64,000 bases of DNA from Heterodontus francisci (lineage: Eukaryota): contig NW_027141363.1 of the NCBI RefSeq assembly GCF_036365525.1, forward strand, positions 496,001 through 560,000, read 5' to 3'. Position 1 is the stretch's first letter; each line of letters begins with the position of its first letter. Positions 1-11,780 of the stretch are shown in pieces. A program made the translations under genes and the position numbers. The notes under the pieces are model-generated. The model saw only the letters and a program-made list of their open reading frames with translations. It was not told where the DNA came from and did no database searches.

Positions 1-289
1 AGTTCTGTTGAAAGATCTACGACCTGATATGCTAATGTTTTTTTCTCCCTCCACAGAGGCTGTCTGATCTGATTAACATTTCCATCCTTATTTATTTATA
101 ACCCAGAAAGGCAACGAGCACCAATATAGTGACAGAGCACCCAGAACCGAAACCATCCAGCATCTGCGGTACCTTGTGTTCAGTTCACCAGACTGTAACA
201 GGGATGTAGTTATTTAATTATCAGGAGATGTTCATGGACAAGTTTCAAAGTCCCTATTGAAACATCATCAATAATCTGATACTTATCAC

Positions 290-352
290 GGTCCTACACC
301 GCCCTCTGCTGTCCCTGTGGAGAAAGGCAACACTGTCAGTGAATAAAACACA
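290..352 (-). promoter_or_regulatory. Conserved element with CTCF-like core, downstream of V1 RSS
   Basis: Minus strand GACAGCAGAGGGCGG (313-299) resembles CTCF consensus CCASYAGRKGGCRS; paralogous to 2490-2555. Confidence 0.45.
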
Positions 353-361
353 ACAGTGTCT

Positions 362-892
362 GTATATCTATTTACCTATCTATCNNNNNNNNNNNNNNNN
401 NNNNNNNNNNNNNNNNNNNNNNNNNNNNNNNNNNNNNNNNNNNNNNNNNNNNNNNNNNNNNNNNNNNNNNNNNNNNNNNNNNNNNNNNNNNNNNNNNNNN
501 NNNNNNNNNNNNNNNNNNNNNNNNNNNNNNNNNNNNNNNNNNNNNNNNNNNNNNNNNNNNNNNNNNNNNNNNNNNNNNNNNNNNNNNNNNNNNNNNNNNN
601 NNNNNNNNNNNNNNNNNNNNNNNNNNNNNNNCTACCTATCTATCTNNNNNNNNNNNNNNNNNNNNNNNNNNNNNNNNNNNNNNNNNNNNNNNNNNNNNNN
701 NNNNNNNNNNNNNNNNNNNNNNNNNNNNNNNNNNNNNNNNNNNNNNNNNNNNNNNNNNNNNNNNNNNNNNNNNNNNNNNNNNNNNNNNNNNNNNNNNNNN
801 NNNNNNNNNNNNNNNNNNNNNNNNNNNNNNNNNNNNNNNNNNNNNNNNNNNNNNNNNNNNNNNNNNNNNNNNNNNNNNNNNNNNNNNNNNNN
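362..892. repeat. TATC/TACC microsatellite, largely N-masked
   Basis: tatctatc/tacctatc flanking the N runs. Confidence 0.6.
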
Positions 893-1169
893 CATTAAAC
901 CCTTTCAGAATCTCTCTAAGAACACTAAAGGTTTATCCTTCAGTCTTCTCTTTTCTGGTTCAGACTTCTTTGATCGCTATAACTTCTCAGTATCGGTTTC
1001 ATTCCTCGAAATTCTATCTCGCAATTTTCCACTGTCTCTAAATCTAATCTCGTTCTATTTAAATCCGCCCTGTCTTCTTGTGAAAAACATGTTCCCAATG
1101 ACAAAAACACCCAGCAGGATGCAGCACCGTCTGGGTTTATCTGAAACAGGTGTTTCCTGTTGCCTTTGG

Positions 1170-1208
1170 GGTTTTTGTTGAACTGCTCCATCTCTCTGAG
1201 TCACTGTT
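1170..1208 (-). promoter_or_regulatory. 23-RSS of V1 with non-canonical heptamer
   Basis: AACAGTG (1208-1202) + 23-nt spacer ACTCAGAGAGATGGAGCAGTTCA + perfect nonamer ACAAAAACC (1178-1170). Confidence 0.9.
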
Positions 1209-1504
1209 AGGACTCCAGGCACAGAAATACACGGCCGAGTGATTCTCCCGCAGGCTGGAGGACTCCAGGTTGAACTGGGAGTCAGTCGGCCTCTCGGCGG
1301 TGAAACCGCCCACCATCCCCTCTGGATCCACACAGTTAGCAGTACTGGAGTAAAACATCAACAGCGGCTCCTTCCCCGGGTATTGTCTGTACCAGTACAT
1401 TCCAGCAGTACTGGTGCCCTCCACTGTGCACCTCAGTTCCACTGCCTCTCCACGCAATCTGGAGACAGCGGCGGGAGTCTGGTGGATAGTCTGTGAGTTC
1501 ACAT
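1209..1504 (-). CDS. TRBV: TCR beta-type V exon (V1), TRBV30-like; open frame with Cys23, Trp41 (WYRQ) and Cys104 (YFCAWS)
   Basis: YVNSQTIHQTPAAVSRLRGEAVELRCTVEGTSTAGMYWYRQYPGKEPLLMFYS...RPTDSQFNLESSSLRENHSAVYFCAWSP closely recalls mammalian TRBV30 (SQTIHQWP..CTVEGTS..WYRQ..RPQDRQFIL..CAWS); leader-intron-V-RSS layout. Confidence 0.88.
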
Positions 1505-1624
1505 CTGGGAGGGAGATGGAGAGAAGAGCAGATCAGTAAACAGGAAACTTCTGGGAATGAAAGGGAGACAGGGAGAAGAGAGGAAAGTTATTAACGATAG
1601 TTTTTGTATTTCACACTCACTTAC

Positions 1625-1661
1625 AATGAAACAGGATTATCAGACCCAGTAACTGATACAT
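1625..1661 (-). CDS. TRBV: Leader exon of TCR V segment V1 (MYQLLGLIILFH, phase 1)
   Basis: ATG at 1661-1659, hydrophobic 12-codon signal peptide +1 nt, GTAAGT donor; splices in frame to the CAG acceptor at 1507-1505. Confidence 0.85.
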
Positions 1662-2489
1662 CTTTCACTATAACCTGTTCTCTTAATAGACACAGGAGTG
1701 AGATCAGGAGCTTCGAGTCTTGTAACGGTCCAAATCCACTCTTTTCAAATCATTGGGAGGAACATGAAGAGCATTAGGATGTGATACAATGTTGGAGACG
1801 CCCATTCACCCAGTTCAACAAATCAGAATTGAATTGGCTGCCATTCTGCTTCTCTCTCTCTCTCTCTATCTATCTCTATCTCAGTTTACCTTCCGCTCTC
1901 TTGCACTCTCTCTCTGTCTCTCTCTCTCTCTCCCCTCATGTGTCTAGGTTTATGTCTCCCACTCTCTTCCTTTCTCAGGCTCTCTCTCCCATTCTATCTC
2001 AGTCTATCTTCGCTCACTTTTTCTCTCTGACTCTCTGTCTCCTCATGTATCTAAGGTTATGTCTCCCATTCCCTCCTTCTCTCTGACTCTCCCTCTCTCT
2101 TACTCTTGTTATCTCTTCAGTTTATTTCCCTGTCTCTGTCTCTCTCTTGATCTATCTTCCTATCTGTCGCAGGCTCTTTAGCTCAGTCTCTCTTTCTCTC
2201 CATCTCTCTCTCAGTGTCTCTCTCTCTCTCTCATTATGTGTCTCTTGCTGTCTCACTGTCTTTGCCTCTATCTCTGTCTCCCTCTCTGTCTCAGTCTCTT
2301 TAACTCTACCTGTCGTTTTTTCTCTCTCTCACTGGATCTCGCTCTCTCTTTCACACACATACACTCTCTTTCTCTCTCTAAAGGAGTGGGTGTCCTTGTC
2401 CTGTTGATGTATATCAAGCTGGATCTGCATGATCTCCTGCTCTATTAGTTTTCTCACTAAATCCTTCTCAAAGCCATTGTCCGTTCCAT

Positions 2490-2555
2490 GGTCCTGGATC
2501 CCCCTCTGCTGTCCCTGTGGATAAGGTAAACACAGGGCCAGTGCATAAAAACCCA
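2490..2555 (-). promoter_or_regulatory. Second copy of the CTCF-like element, downstream of V2 RSS
   Basis: CCCTCTGCTGTCCCTGTGGA.AAGG shared with 290-352; minus core GACAGCAGAGGGGG. Confidence 0.4.
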
Positions 2556-2774
2556 GATTATTGTCATTGATTCCTGATAGTTACATTCTGAAATCTCGTG
2601 ACATCTTTATTAATCGTTCTCTGCACCCTCGGCAGTACCTGTAAATCTAGTGTGTCACTACAATCATAACTCAACTCTTTTTATTGTAATAAACACTGTC
2701 ACTCTGAATAAGGGAACAGTCGGTCAAGGTACCGAGCAATTTTATCTGAAACAGGTGTTTCCTGCTGCCTTTGA

Positions 2775-2813
2775 TGTTTTTGTTGAACTGCTCCATCTCT
2801 CTGAGTCACTGTG
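2775..2813 (-). promoter_or_regulatory. Canonical 23-RSS of V2 remnant
   Basis: CACAGTG (2813-2807) + 23-nt spacer identical to V1 + ACAAAAACA. Confidence 0.9.
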
Positions 2814-2903
2814 ATCTCTCCAGGCACAGAAATACACGGCCGAGTGATTCTCCCGCAGGCTGGAGGACTCCAGATTGAAGTCGTATTTATTTAGTCTTTG
2901 GGA
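2814..2903 (-). pseudogene. TRBV: 5'-truncated TRBV30-like V remnant (V2)
   Basis: Translates SQRLNKYDFNLESSSLRENHSAVYFCAWRD, near-identical to the 3' end of V1; a CR1 fragment starting about 2904 replaces the upstream part. Confidence 0.85.
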
Positions 2904-3235
2904 GTAGATAGAGAGAAACTATTTCCGCTGGTTTGGGAATCTAGGACTAAGAGGCCAAGACTAAAAATTAGAGCCAGACTTTTCAGGAGTGAAATTAGGA
3001 AACACTTTTACACACAATGGGTGGAGAGGTTTGAACTCTCTTCTGCTCACGGAAATTGATGCTGAATCAATTGTTAATTTGAAATCGGAGATGGATAGGT
3101 TTTTGTGATCCAAAATAAATATTAAGGGATATGGGGCAAAGGCGGGAATATGGAGTTAGATCACAGATCAGCCATGGTCTCATTGAATGGTGGTACGGAA
3201 TTGAGGGCCTGAATGGCCCCTTCCTGTTCCTGCCT
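2904..3235 (+). mobile_element. CR1-type LINE 3' fragment truncating V2
   Basis: GTAGATAGAGAGAAACTATTTCCGCTG (VDREKLFPL) and a typical CR1 3' tail. Confidence 0.7.
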
Positions 3236-3344
3236 TTGTCTTAGCAGTTCCTGCTGGCATTGAATTCTGTAATTTGGGTAAAGAATTCTCCTCAACTCCC
3301 TATCGGATTTCAGTTTTTCTCAGCTTTTATTCTCTGTTTTGTTC

Positions 3345-3860
3345 CTATCCTCTTCGTCCCCTAGTCTTTGTACAAACAGCTAATGGGAACAGTTTTTCTT
3401 TGTCTACTTTATCTAAACCTCTCTTCATTTTGTACACTTCTGTCAAATCTCCCCTCAATTTCCTTTGCTCCAAGGAGAACAACCCCAGCTTCACCAAACT
3501 AACCATGTAGCTAAAATCTCTCATCCCTGGAACCATCCCGGTAAATCTCCTCTGCACCCTCTCAAGGACCCTACATCCTTCCTAAAGTGTGGTGACCAGA
3601 ACCGGGCTCAGTACTCAAGTTGGGGCCTAACCAGAACCTCATATATGTTGAGCATAACCACCCTGCTTTTGTACTTTATACCTCTATTCATGAATCCCAA
3701 GATCCCATAAGCTTCGTGAACCTCTCTCTCAATATGTCTGCCACCTTCAAAGATCTATGCACATTAAGCCCCAGGACCCTCTGTCCTTGAACACTCTTTA
3801 GGCCTGTGTCATTAAGTCTGTATTTCCTCTCTGTCTCCCTTCTGCCAAAATGCATCACCT
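3345..3860 (-). mobile_element. CR1 LINE ORF2 C-terminal fragment
   Basis: QRRFTGMVPG..LGLFSLEQRKLRGDLTEVYK motif. Confidence 0.8.
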
Positions 3861-4499
3861 GAAAACAATGTAGTTCACTGTTAACTGCCTCTGAAATGGA
3901 CTAGCAATTCATTCAGTTAAGGGAAATTCAGCATAGGCAATGAATTCTGGCCTTGTCAGGAATGTGCACATCCCTGAATATGTGCTTCTTTATATAAAAT
4001 TCCTCCTTCTTCATTTTTCTTTCACTGTTTTCTCACTTTGCTTCCCCTCTTTACTTCCTTCAGATCATCTGTTTTAGGATATCACAAGTGTTGCTGAAAC
4101 CAGTCACTATGAACGAGCAGACTTGGGGAAATCCAGTTGTCTATTTTGTGTGGAATGGTTATGATTTGAATCTGTTTCAGAGTTAGTGGCATTGACGATT
4201 AGGTAGATGGGTCAAGTCACTGCTGCATTGCTCGCTCAGTCTTCACAGAAGCAAGTGGGACTCAGGCTGCGGTGGAGCTCCATCCCCACCTCGTGGCTGT
4301 CATGTGTAACTACAGGCACCTGTGGTTTGCACAGTGCAATTGATAAAATAGACATTATGAAGACATGCTTTGAAATTGCTCCGTCTTCCCATTTTTTATC
4401 CATTGCTTCGGCTGCTGACGCTAGTGACATCGAATTAGATAGAAGATGCAGCACAGATTCAGGCTATTCGGCCCGATAGGACCATGTTCCAGACTAGCC

Positions 4500-4775
4500 T
4501 GGGGCAGATGGCGGTGTACTTGTCATGTCACTGAGCTGGTAATCCAGAGGATGGGGCTAATCTCCAGGGGACATGCGTTCGAATCCCACCAGGTCAGATG
4601 GTGGAATTTAAATTCAAGTAATGAATAAATACAATTATTTCATTGGAAAATCTGCAATTGAATGCTAGTCTCAGTTAAGGCGCCCTGACACCCAGCTGGC
4701 TCACTCATGTCTTTTAGGGAAGGGAATCCACCGTCCTTACCTGGTCTGGTCTACATGTGACTTGAGACCCACAGA
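4500..4775 (+). mobile_element. tRNA-derived SINE, degenerate
   Basis: B-box-like GTTCGAATCCCACC followed by GATGGTGGAATTTAAATTC and a SINE-like body. Confidence 0.5.
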
Positions 4776-6164
4776 ACACAAGAAATAGGAGCAGGTGTAG
4801 ACCATATATCCCATCGAGCCTGCTCCGTCATTCAATACAATCATGGCTGATCTTGGGTTCCAATTCCACTTTCCTGCCTGCTCCCCATATCCCTTTATTT
4901 CCTGAGGGATCAAAAATCCCAGACTTAAATGTAATCAATGAAGGACCATCCACAACACTCTGGGATAGAGAATTCCAAAGATTCACAACCCTTTGAGTGA
5001 AGTCATTTCTCCTCATCTCAGTCCGGAATGATTGATCCCTTATCCTGAGATTTCTCGCTGCCTCATTTCTTGAAAAGCCGTGTAACATTTGTCAGCTTTC
5101 AATCCGATGGGACCATTCCTGAATCTTAGGAATTCTGGAAAATCATAACCAGCGCCCCCACTCTCTCTGCAGCTATCTCATTTAGAACTCTGGTATATAA
5201 TCCATCTGTTCCAGGGGACTTGTCAGATTTTAATCCCTCAAATTTCTCCAAAACTTTTTCTCAATTGATATGAATATCCTTAATTTCCTCACTCTTTTTA
5301 GGCCCCAGATAACTGCCTATTTCTGGGATGGAACTTTGTTTGATTGGCAGTGATAATATTTTTGGACCATTGTATCCAGTCCAATGGGTTGCAACCAGGA
5401 TTACTGGGTGATTTCTCTCTGCAACTTTTAATCTTTAATAAAGCTTATCTGGGCATTAAACTGCAATCTGTTTTTATATGTCTGACTCCACTCATTCTCC
5501 CGGGGATAAAGTTACTTTTGTCTGGTTGTCCACCCAATTAAATGACTGTTTGACACGGCAAGACTTTCTTTACTTTGAACGTGTGCTGATCTCTCTCTCT
5601 CTCTCTCCCACACACAAAGTCTCTCTCTGCCCACATCTATCCCGGACTTTTCCTCTCTCTCTGACGGACACTCTATCTCTCATTCATTTTTCACTCTTTT
5701 TGTACACCCTGTGTCTGCTCTTTTCCTCTAATTTCTCATTTTCCTTCCCACTCTCTCTCCATCTCTGTCTCTCTCTCGCTCTGTTACTCTCACCTCACCT
5801 TTATCTCTCCATTGATCTGTTCCCTCACTCTCAAACTCTACCTCTCCCTCACTCTCCACCTTCCTTTCTCTTTGATCTCTCTTCACATCTCTCTATCACA
5901 CTCTCTTCATCTCTGTCCAATTGAGGAGATTCTCCCTCCATTTCTCACCATCTCTTGCTCCCTCACTCTCTCCCCATCACCTATTTTCTCTCAGTCTCTC
6001 CATCTCTCTATTATTCTTTCAATCTCATTTCTCTTTCCTTCCATCACTCTCTCTTTTCTATTTCCCTCTCTATTACTTGCTCTCTAACTCTCTTGCTCTG
6101 TCTGTCCATGTTGGGTCCCTTTAAGAGTTTGGGACAGTTCTGGTGGTGCATGGTCCCTTTAAGA

Positions 6165-6600
6165 GTCTGGTGCGGACCCCTCCCCCACCCCGGGTGATCA
6201 CATGTCGCCCAAACCGCGGCTGCGCAGAGGCCGGAGGTACCTGTTGACCTCCAAACACGTGGGGCGACGCAGCCAATCAGAGCTCAGTGACGCCTTGGCG
6301 GGACTGAGGCGTCAAAAGCCGCCATGTTTGCGTGACGTCTCCCGCCGGCCGTTTATTATCGTAAAAAAGCAGCTGAAAGGAAAAGGAGAAGCGGATTCAG
6401 TTCTCGATCTCAATGGAGGAAACTTTAAAGTCTGAGCCGAGGGAGGATGCAAAAAAGCGGCGTTTAACGCGTTTGTGGAGGTGCGCATGTGCGGAACCTC
6501 CTCCCAGAGGGCAGCGCGGCCTGTCCTGCAGATAGGGGCCTTTCCTAGCCGCGGGGCATTGTGGGAGCCGCATGACGCCATTGCCCCCTCATTAACTCAA
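6165..6600. promoter_or_regulatory. CpG-island, housekeeping-type promoter
   Basis: Local CpG/GC enrichment; CACGTG 6256, CCAAT 6273, TGACG 6288 and 6333, YY1-like GCCGCCATGTTT 6318-6329, NRF1-like TGCGCATGTGCG 6482-6493, CTCF-like CTCCCAGAGGGCAG 6501-6514. Confidence 0.65.
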
Positions 6601-6799
6601 GTCAAAATCAACTCATTCCCTCTGAGCTCTCTATCCCTCCTTTTCATATTGCAGGCTGCAACGGGCTTTGTTGATAACAATTCCACCATCCCGGGTGTGA
6701 TCAGATACTCTGTCCCTTCGCAAACGATTTCCTGTCCCTCCAACAGCTTGTGCCAACGCCCGATTTATGGGTGTGTTTTCCCCTTCTGATGTTGAACTT

Positions 6800-7150
6800 T
6801 TTAGTGGCTTTTCTCCTACTGAAGTTGTTGTTTTATTTGTTTTTGTTTGTCCTCAGGAAGCTGTTCATTTCCCGTTGAAATTGTTGCATTTGTTGATGCT
6901 TTTTCTCCTGTTCAGGTTGTTGTTGCATTTGTTGGTGTTTTTCTCCTGTTCAGGTTGTTGTTACATTTGTTGGTGTTGCCCTCCTGTTGAGGTTGTTGTT
7001 GCATTTGTTGGTGTTTTTCTCCTGTTGAGGTTGTTGTTACATTTGTTTGTGTATCCCTCCTGTTGAGGTTGTTGTTACATTTGTTGGTGTTTTTTCTCCT
7101 GTTGAGGTTGTTGTTACATTTGCTGGTGTTTTTCTGCTGTTGAGGTTGTT
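6800..7150. repeat. About 39-bp minisatellite (GTTGTTGTTACATTTGTTGGTGTTTTTCTCCTGTTGAG)n
   Basis: Visible tandem units. Confidence 0.8.
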
Positions 7151-7392
7151 ATTGAATTGATTTGAAAAACACGTTTGCTAACACTTTTCAAGATGAGAAG
7201 CTGCATTCAACTGAACACCAGGATCTGATTCTCTGTCACGCTTAAAGCACTACCTTCGATTAGTGAGGAGTCAGTCTCTGAAATCAATGTCCCAGTGCTG
7301 TGGTAACATAAAATTGCCACTGAAAATAAAAACAGCTGACTGATGTTCGGAGAGAGGAGAGAAAGAGAGACAGACAGACAGAAAGAGACACA

Positions 7393-9463
7393 ATCTGTAA
7401 CCTCATGGCCTGGCATATCTGCCACTCTACCATGACCATCAAGCCAGGAGACCAACCCTGGTTCAATGAAGAGTGCAGGAGGGCATGCCAGGAGCAGCAC
7501 CAGGCATACCTCAAAATGAGGTGTCAACCTGGGGAAGCTACAACACAGGACTATCTGCATGCCAAACTGCGTAGGCAGCATTCTATAGACAGAGCTAAGC
7601 GATCCCATAACCAACGGATCAGATCTAAGCTCTGCAGTCCTGCCATAACCAGCCATGAATGGTGGTGGACAATTAAACAACTAACCGGAGGAGATGGCTC
7701 CACAAATATCGCCATCCTCAATGATGGGGGAGCCCAGCACATCAGTGCGAAAGATAAGGCAGAAGCATTTGCAAAAATCTTCAGCCAGAAGTGCCCAGTT
7801 GATGATCCATCTCGGCCTCCTCCTGAAGTCCCCAGCATTACAGAGGTCAGACTTCAGCCAATTCGATTCACTCCGCGTGATATCAAGAAACGACTGAAGA
7901 CACTGGACACTGCAAAGGCTATGGGTCCTGACAATATTTTGGCAATAGCACTGAAGACTTGTGCTCCAGAACTTGCCGCACCCCTCGCCAAGCTGTTCCA
8001 GTATAGCTACAACACTGACATCTACCCGGCAATGTGGAAAATTGCCCAGGTATGTCCTGTACACAAAAAGCAGGACAAGCCCAACCCGGCCAATTACCGC
8101 CCCATCAGTCTACTCTCAATCATCAGTAAAGTGATGGAAGGTGTCATCAACAGTGCCATCAAGCAGCACTTGCTTAGCAATAACCTGCTCAGTGACGCTC
8201 AGTTTGGGTCCCACCAGGGCCACTCAGCTCCTGACCTCATTACAGCCTTGGTTCAAAAATGGAAAAAAGAGCTGAAGTCAAGAGGTGAGGTGAGAGTGAC
8301 TGCCCTTGACATCAAGGCAGCATTTGACCGAGTATGGCATCAAGGAGCCCTAGCAAAACTGAGGTCAATGGGAATCAGGGGGAAAACCCTCCACCTGCTG
8401 GAGTCATACCTAGCGCAAAGGAAGATGGTTGTGGTTGTTGGAGATCAATCATCTGAGCTCCAGGACATCACTGCAGGAGTTCCTCAGGGTAGTGTTCTAG
8501 GCCAAACCATCTTCAGCTGCTTCATCAATGACCTTCCTTCAATCATAAGGTCAGAAGTTGGGATGTTCGCTGATGATTGCACAATCTTCAGCACCATTCG
8601 TGACTCCTCAGATACTGAAGCAGTCCGTGTAGAAATGCAGCAAGACCTGGACAATATCCAGGCTTGGGCTGATAAGTGGCAAGTAACATTCGTGCCACAC
8701 AAATGCCAGGCAATGACCATCTCCAACAAGAGAGAATCTAACCATCTCCCCTTGACATTCAATGGCATTACCATCGCTGAATCCCCAACTATCAACATCC
8801 TAGGGGTTACCATTGACCAGAAACTGAACTGGAGTAGCCATATAAACACATGGCTACAAGAGCAGGACAGAGGCTAGGAATCCTGTGGCTAGTAACTCAC
8901 CTCCTGACTCCCCAAAGCCTGTCCACCATCTACAAGGTACAAGTCAGGAGAGTGATGGAATACTCTCCTCTTGCCTGAATTGGTGCAGCTCCAACAACAC
9001 TCAAGAAGCTCGACACCATCCAGGACAAAGCAGCCCGCTTGATTGGCACCCCATCCACAAACATTCACTCCATCCACCACCAACGCACAGTGACAGCAGT
9101 GTGTACCATCTACAAGATGCACTGCAGCAATGCACCAAGGTTACTCAGGCAGCACCTTCCAAACCCGCGACCTCTACCAACTAGAAGGACGAGGGCAGCA
9201 AATGCGTGGGAACATCACCACCTGCAAGTTCCCCTCCAAGTCACCCACCATCCTGAATTGGAACTATATTGCCGTTCCTTCACTGTCACTGGGTCAAAAT
9301 CCTGGAACACCCTTCCGAACAGCACTGTGGGAATACCTACCTCACATGGACTGCAGTGGTTCAAGAAGGCAGCTCACCAACACCATCTGAAGGGCATTTA
9401 GGGATGGGCAATAAGTGCTGGCTTGGCCAGCGACGCCCTCATCCCATGAATGAATGAAAAAAA
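7393..9463 (+). mobile_element. 5'-truncated non-LTR retrotransposon (CR1/L2 group), RT ORF 7405-8877, frameshifted near its end, with 3' tail
   Basis: NYRPISLLS, LDIKAAFDRVWH, GVPQGSVLG, FADD motifs; ends in ATGAATGAATGAAAAAAAA. Confidence 0.92.
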
Positions 9464-9465
9464 AG

Positions 9466-10910
9466 GATGCTGGGAGGATGTTCCCCTTGTGGGGGAGTCT
9501 AGAACGAGGGGGCACAGTTTAAAAATAAAGGGTCTCCCATTTATGACAAAGATGGGGAGGAATTTTTTTTCTCTCAGTGGTTGATTAGACTTTGGAATTC
9601 TCTTCCCCAGAGAGCAGTGGAGGTTGGGTCATTGAATATATTCAAGGCTGAGTTAGACAGATTTATCATCGACAAGGGAGTCAAGGGTTATGGGGGGCAG
9701 ACAGGAAAGTGGAGTTAAGGTCACTATCAGATCAGTCATGATCTTAGAGAATGGCAGAACAGGCTCGATGGGCTGAATGGCCTGCTCCTGTTCCTATTTG
9801 TTCGGATCTTGTGGATAAAATGGAGGGTTTTCTCTCCACTTTTTAAGCCATTTTTACAGCAGAGACAGGGCCATGTGTAATATAAACAGAGACAGGGTCT
9901 AGTGCAGACCTAACTAGTGCATTGATAACTGAGACTGGTGTAAAAGGTATCGAGGATACAGAATTCTAAATATACATTCAGGGGAACTTTTTCAGGCCAG
10001 TACATAGCAAGGACAACAAGAGATGGGTCAGTTTTACACTTAGTTTTAGGGAATGAAGCTGGGCCGGTGGAAGGTGATTTAGAAAAAGTGGACTGGAAAA
10101 AGCTACTTGAAGGTAAATGAGTGTCAGAGCAGTGAGAGGGAATCATTTCAACTTGGAGGATTTATTATTCCAGAGTTATTTTTTATTTTCAGAGAAATTC
10201 AAATTCACAAGAACCCAATGTGGGATTTGAACTCCTGCTTTTTCAGTCATTAGCTCAGGCTTTCAGATTACAAACTGTAAAAGACATTCACCTTCCTCCT
10301 GTTGTTGTCTGACTGTCTCAGCTTTTGTATATTGTCCCCAATCTTGTTCTTTCATGTGTCTAAAGACTTTGATGTTATTCAGACATTGATAAACCACTTC
10401 ATTCTCTCAGGACATCGGCTTAAAGACATTCAGGGACACAATCCACAATCTAATTCACACCCTATTCAAGCAACCAAAATCTTCAACTCCATTCAAACAC
10501 CCCGATATCCTGTCCCTGCACAGATAACTGACAGTTCCACAAAGCAGGAATGTCTGAATGAGAAACCACATTTACCTGACACAATCCAAGCTCCAAATTG
10601 AATCATTAAGATATCGAAAATACCACAGAAATGTGACTTGTTCCTTGTAACAGTGAGACTGAAACATTTCAGGGAACTATTCAACCAAGAAGGATTCCGA
10701 GAAAAGTCAGGATCAGGATTGAAAGAGAGAGAGAGAGTGAAATGGGGAGAGAAAGAAAGAGACTGTCAGCTCCTGTATGTGTAAGGCCTCTCTCTTCCTG
10801 CACCCATTTTAACATTGTACCATTTAGTTTATATTGCCTCTCCCAGTCTTCCTTCCAAAATCCATCACTTCACATTTCTCAGCATTGAAGTTAACCTGCC
10901 TGTGTCTGTC
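9466..10910 (+). repeat. About 1.45-kb inverted segmental duplication, arm 1
   Basis: Reverse complement of 36920-38370; mirrored ORFs share the coordinate sum 47836. Confidence 0.92.
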
Positions 10911-11780
10911 CAATGATAGGTTGGATAGTAAACTGTCAAGAGGACATAAAGAGTCTACAAAGAGATTTCGATAGGTAAAGTGAGTGGACAAACATTTGGC
11001 AGATGGAGTAGAATGTGTCAGGAAGAATAAATAGCAGTATATTATTGAAATGGAGAGAGACTGCAGAACTGTACGGTACAGAGGGATCTGGGGGTCCTGG
11101 TACATGAATCACTAAATGTTACTATGCAGGTACAGCGAGTGGTTCGAAGGCAAATGGAACTGTGTTGCTTATTACAAGGGGAATAGAATATAAAAATAGT
11201 GAAGTGTTGTTACAGCTGTACAGGACCTTAGACCACATCTGGAGTAATGTGGACTGTTTTGGTCTCCTTACTTAATCAAGGATATAACTGCATTAGAAGC
11301 AGTTCAGAGAAGGTTCACTCGACTGATACCTGGGATGAAGGGGTTATCTTATGAGGAAAGGTTGAACAGGTTGGGCCGATACCCACTGGAGTTTAGAAGA
11401 ATGAGAGGTGATCTTATTGAAACATCTCAGGTCCTGAGGGGAACTGGACAGGGTGGATGCTGAGAGGATGTTTCCCCTTGTCGGGGAGTCTAGAACGAGG
11501 GGACACAATTTAAAATGAGGGCTCTCCCATTTAAGACTGAGATGAGGAGAAATGTTTTTCTCTCAGAGGGTGGTTAGTCTGTGGAATTCTCTTCCCCAGA
11601 GAGCAGTGGAGGCTGGATCATTGAATATATTCAAGGCTGAGTTAGATAGATTTATGATCAACCAGGGAGTCGAGGGTTATGGGGGGCAGACAGGAAAGTG
11701 GAGTTGAGTTCCCAATCAGATCAGCCATCGAATGGGAGAGCAGGCTCGATGGGCTGAATGGCCTACTCCTGCTCCTAATT
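10910..11780 (+). mobile_element. Degenerate CR1 LINE 3' portion
   Basis: GTTCAGAGAAGGTTCACT..GAGGAAAGGTTGAACAGGTTGGGC..GGTGATCTTATTGAAAC and CR1 tail. Confidence 0.8.

Noticed and set aside
339-1181. 280-aa ORF
   Set aside because: Open only because of N runs
4060-4480. Coding-like unique stretch after a CAG acceptor
   Set aside because: Several stops and no recognisable family; cannot be supported
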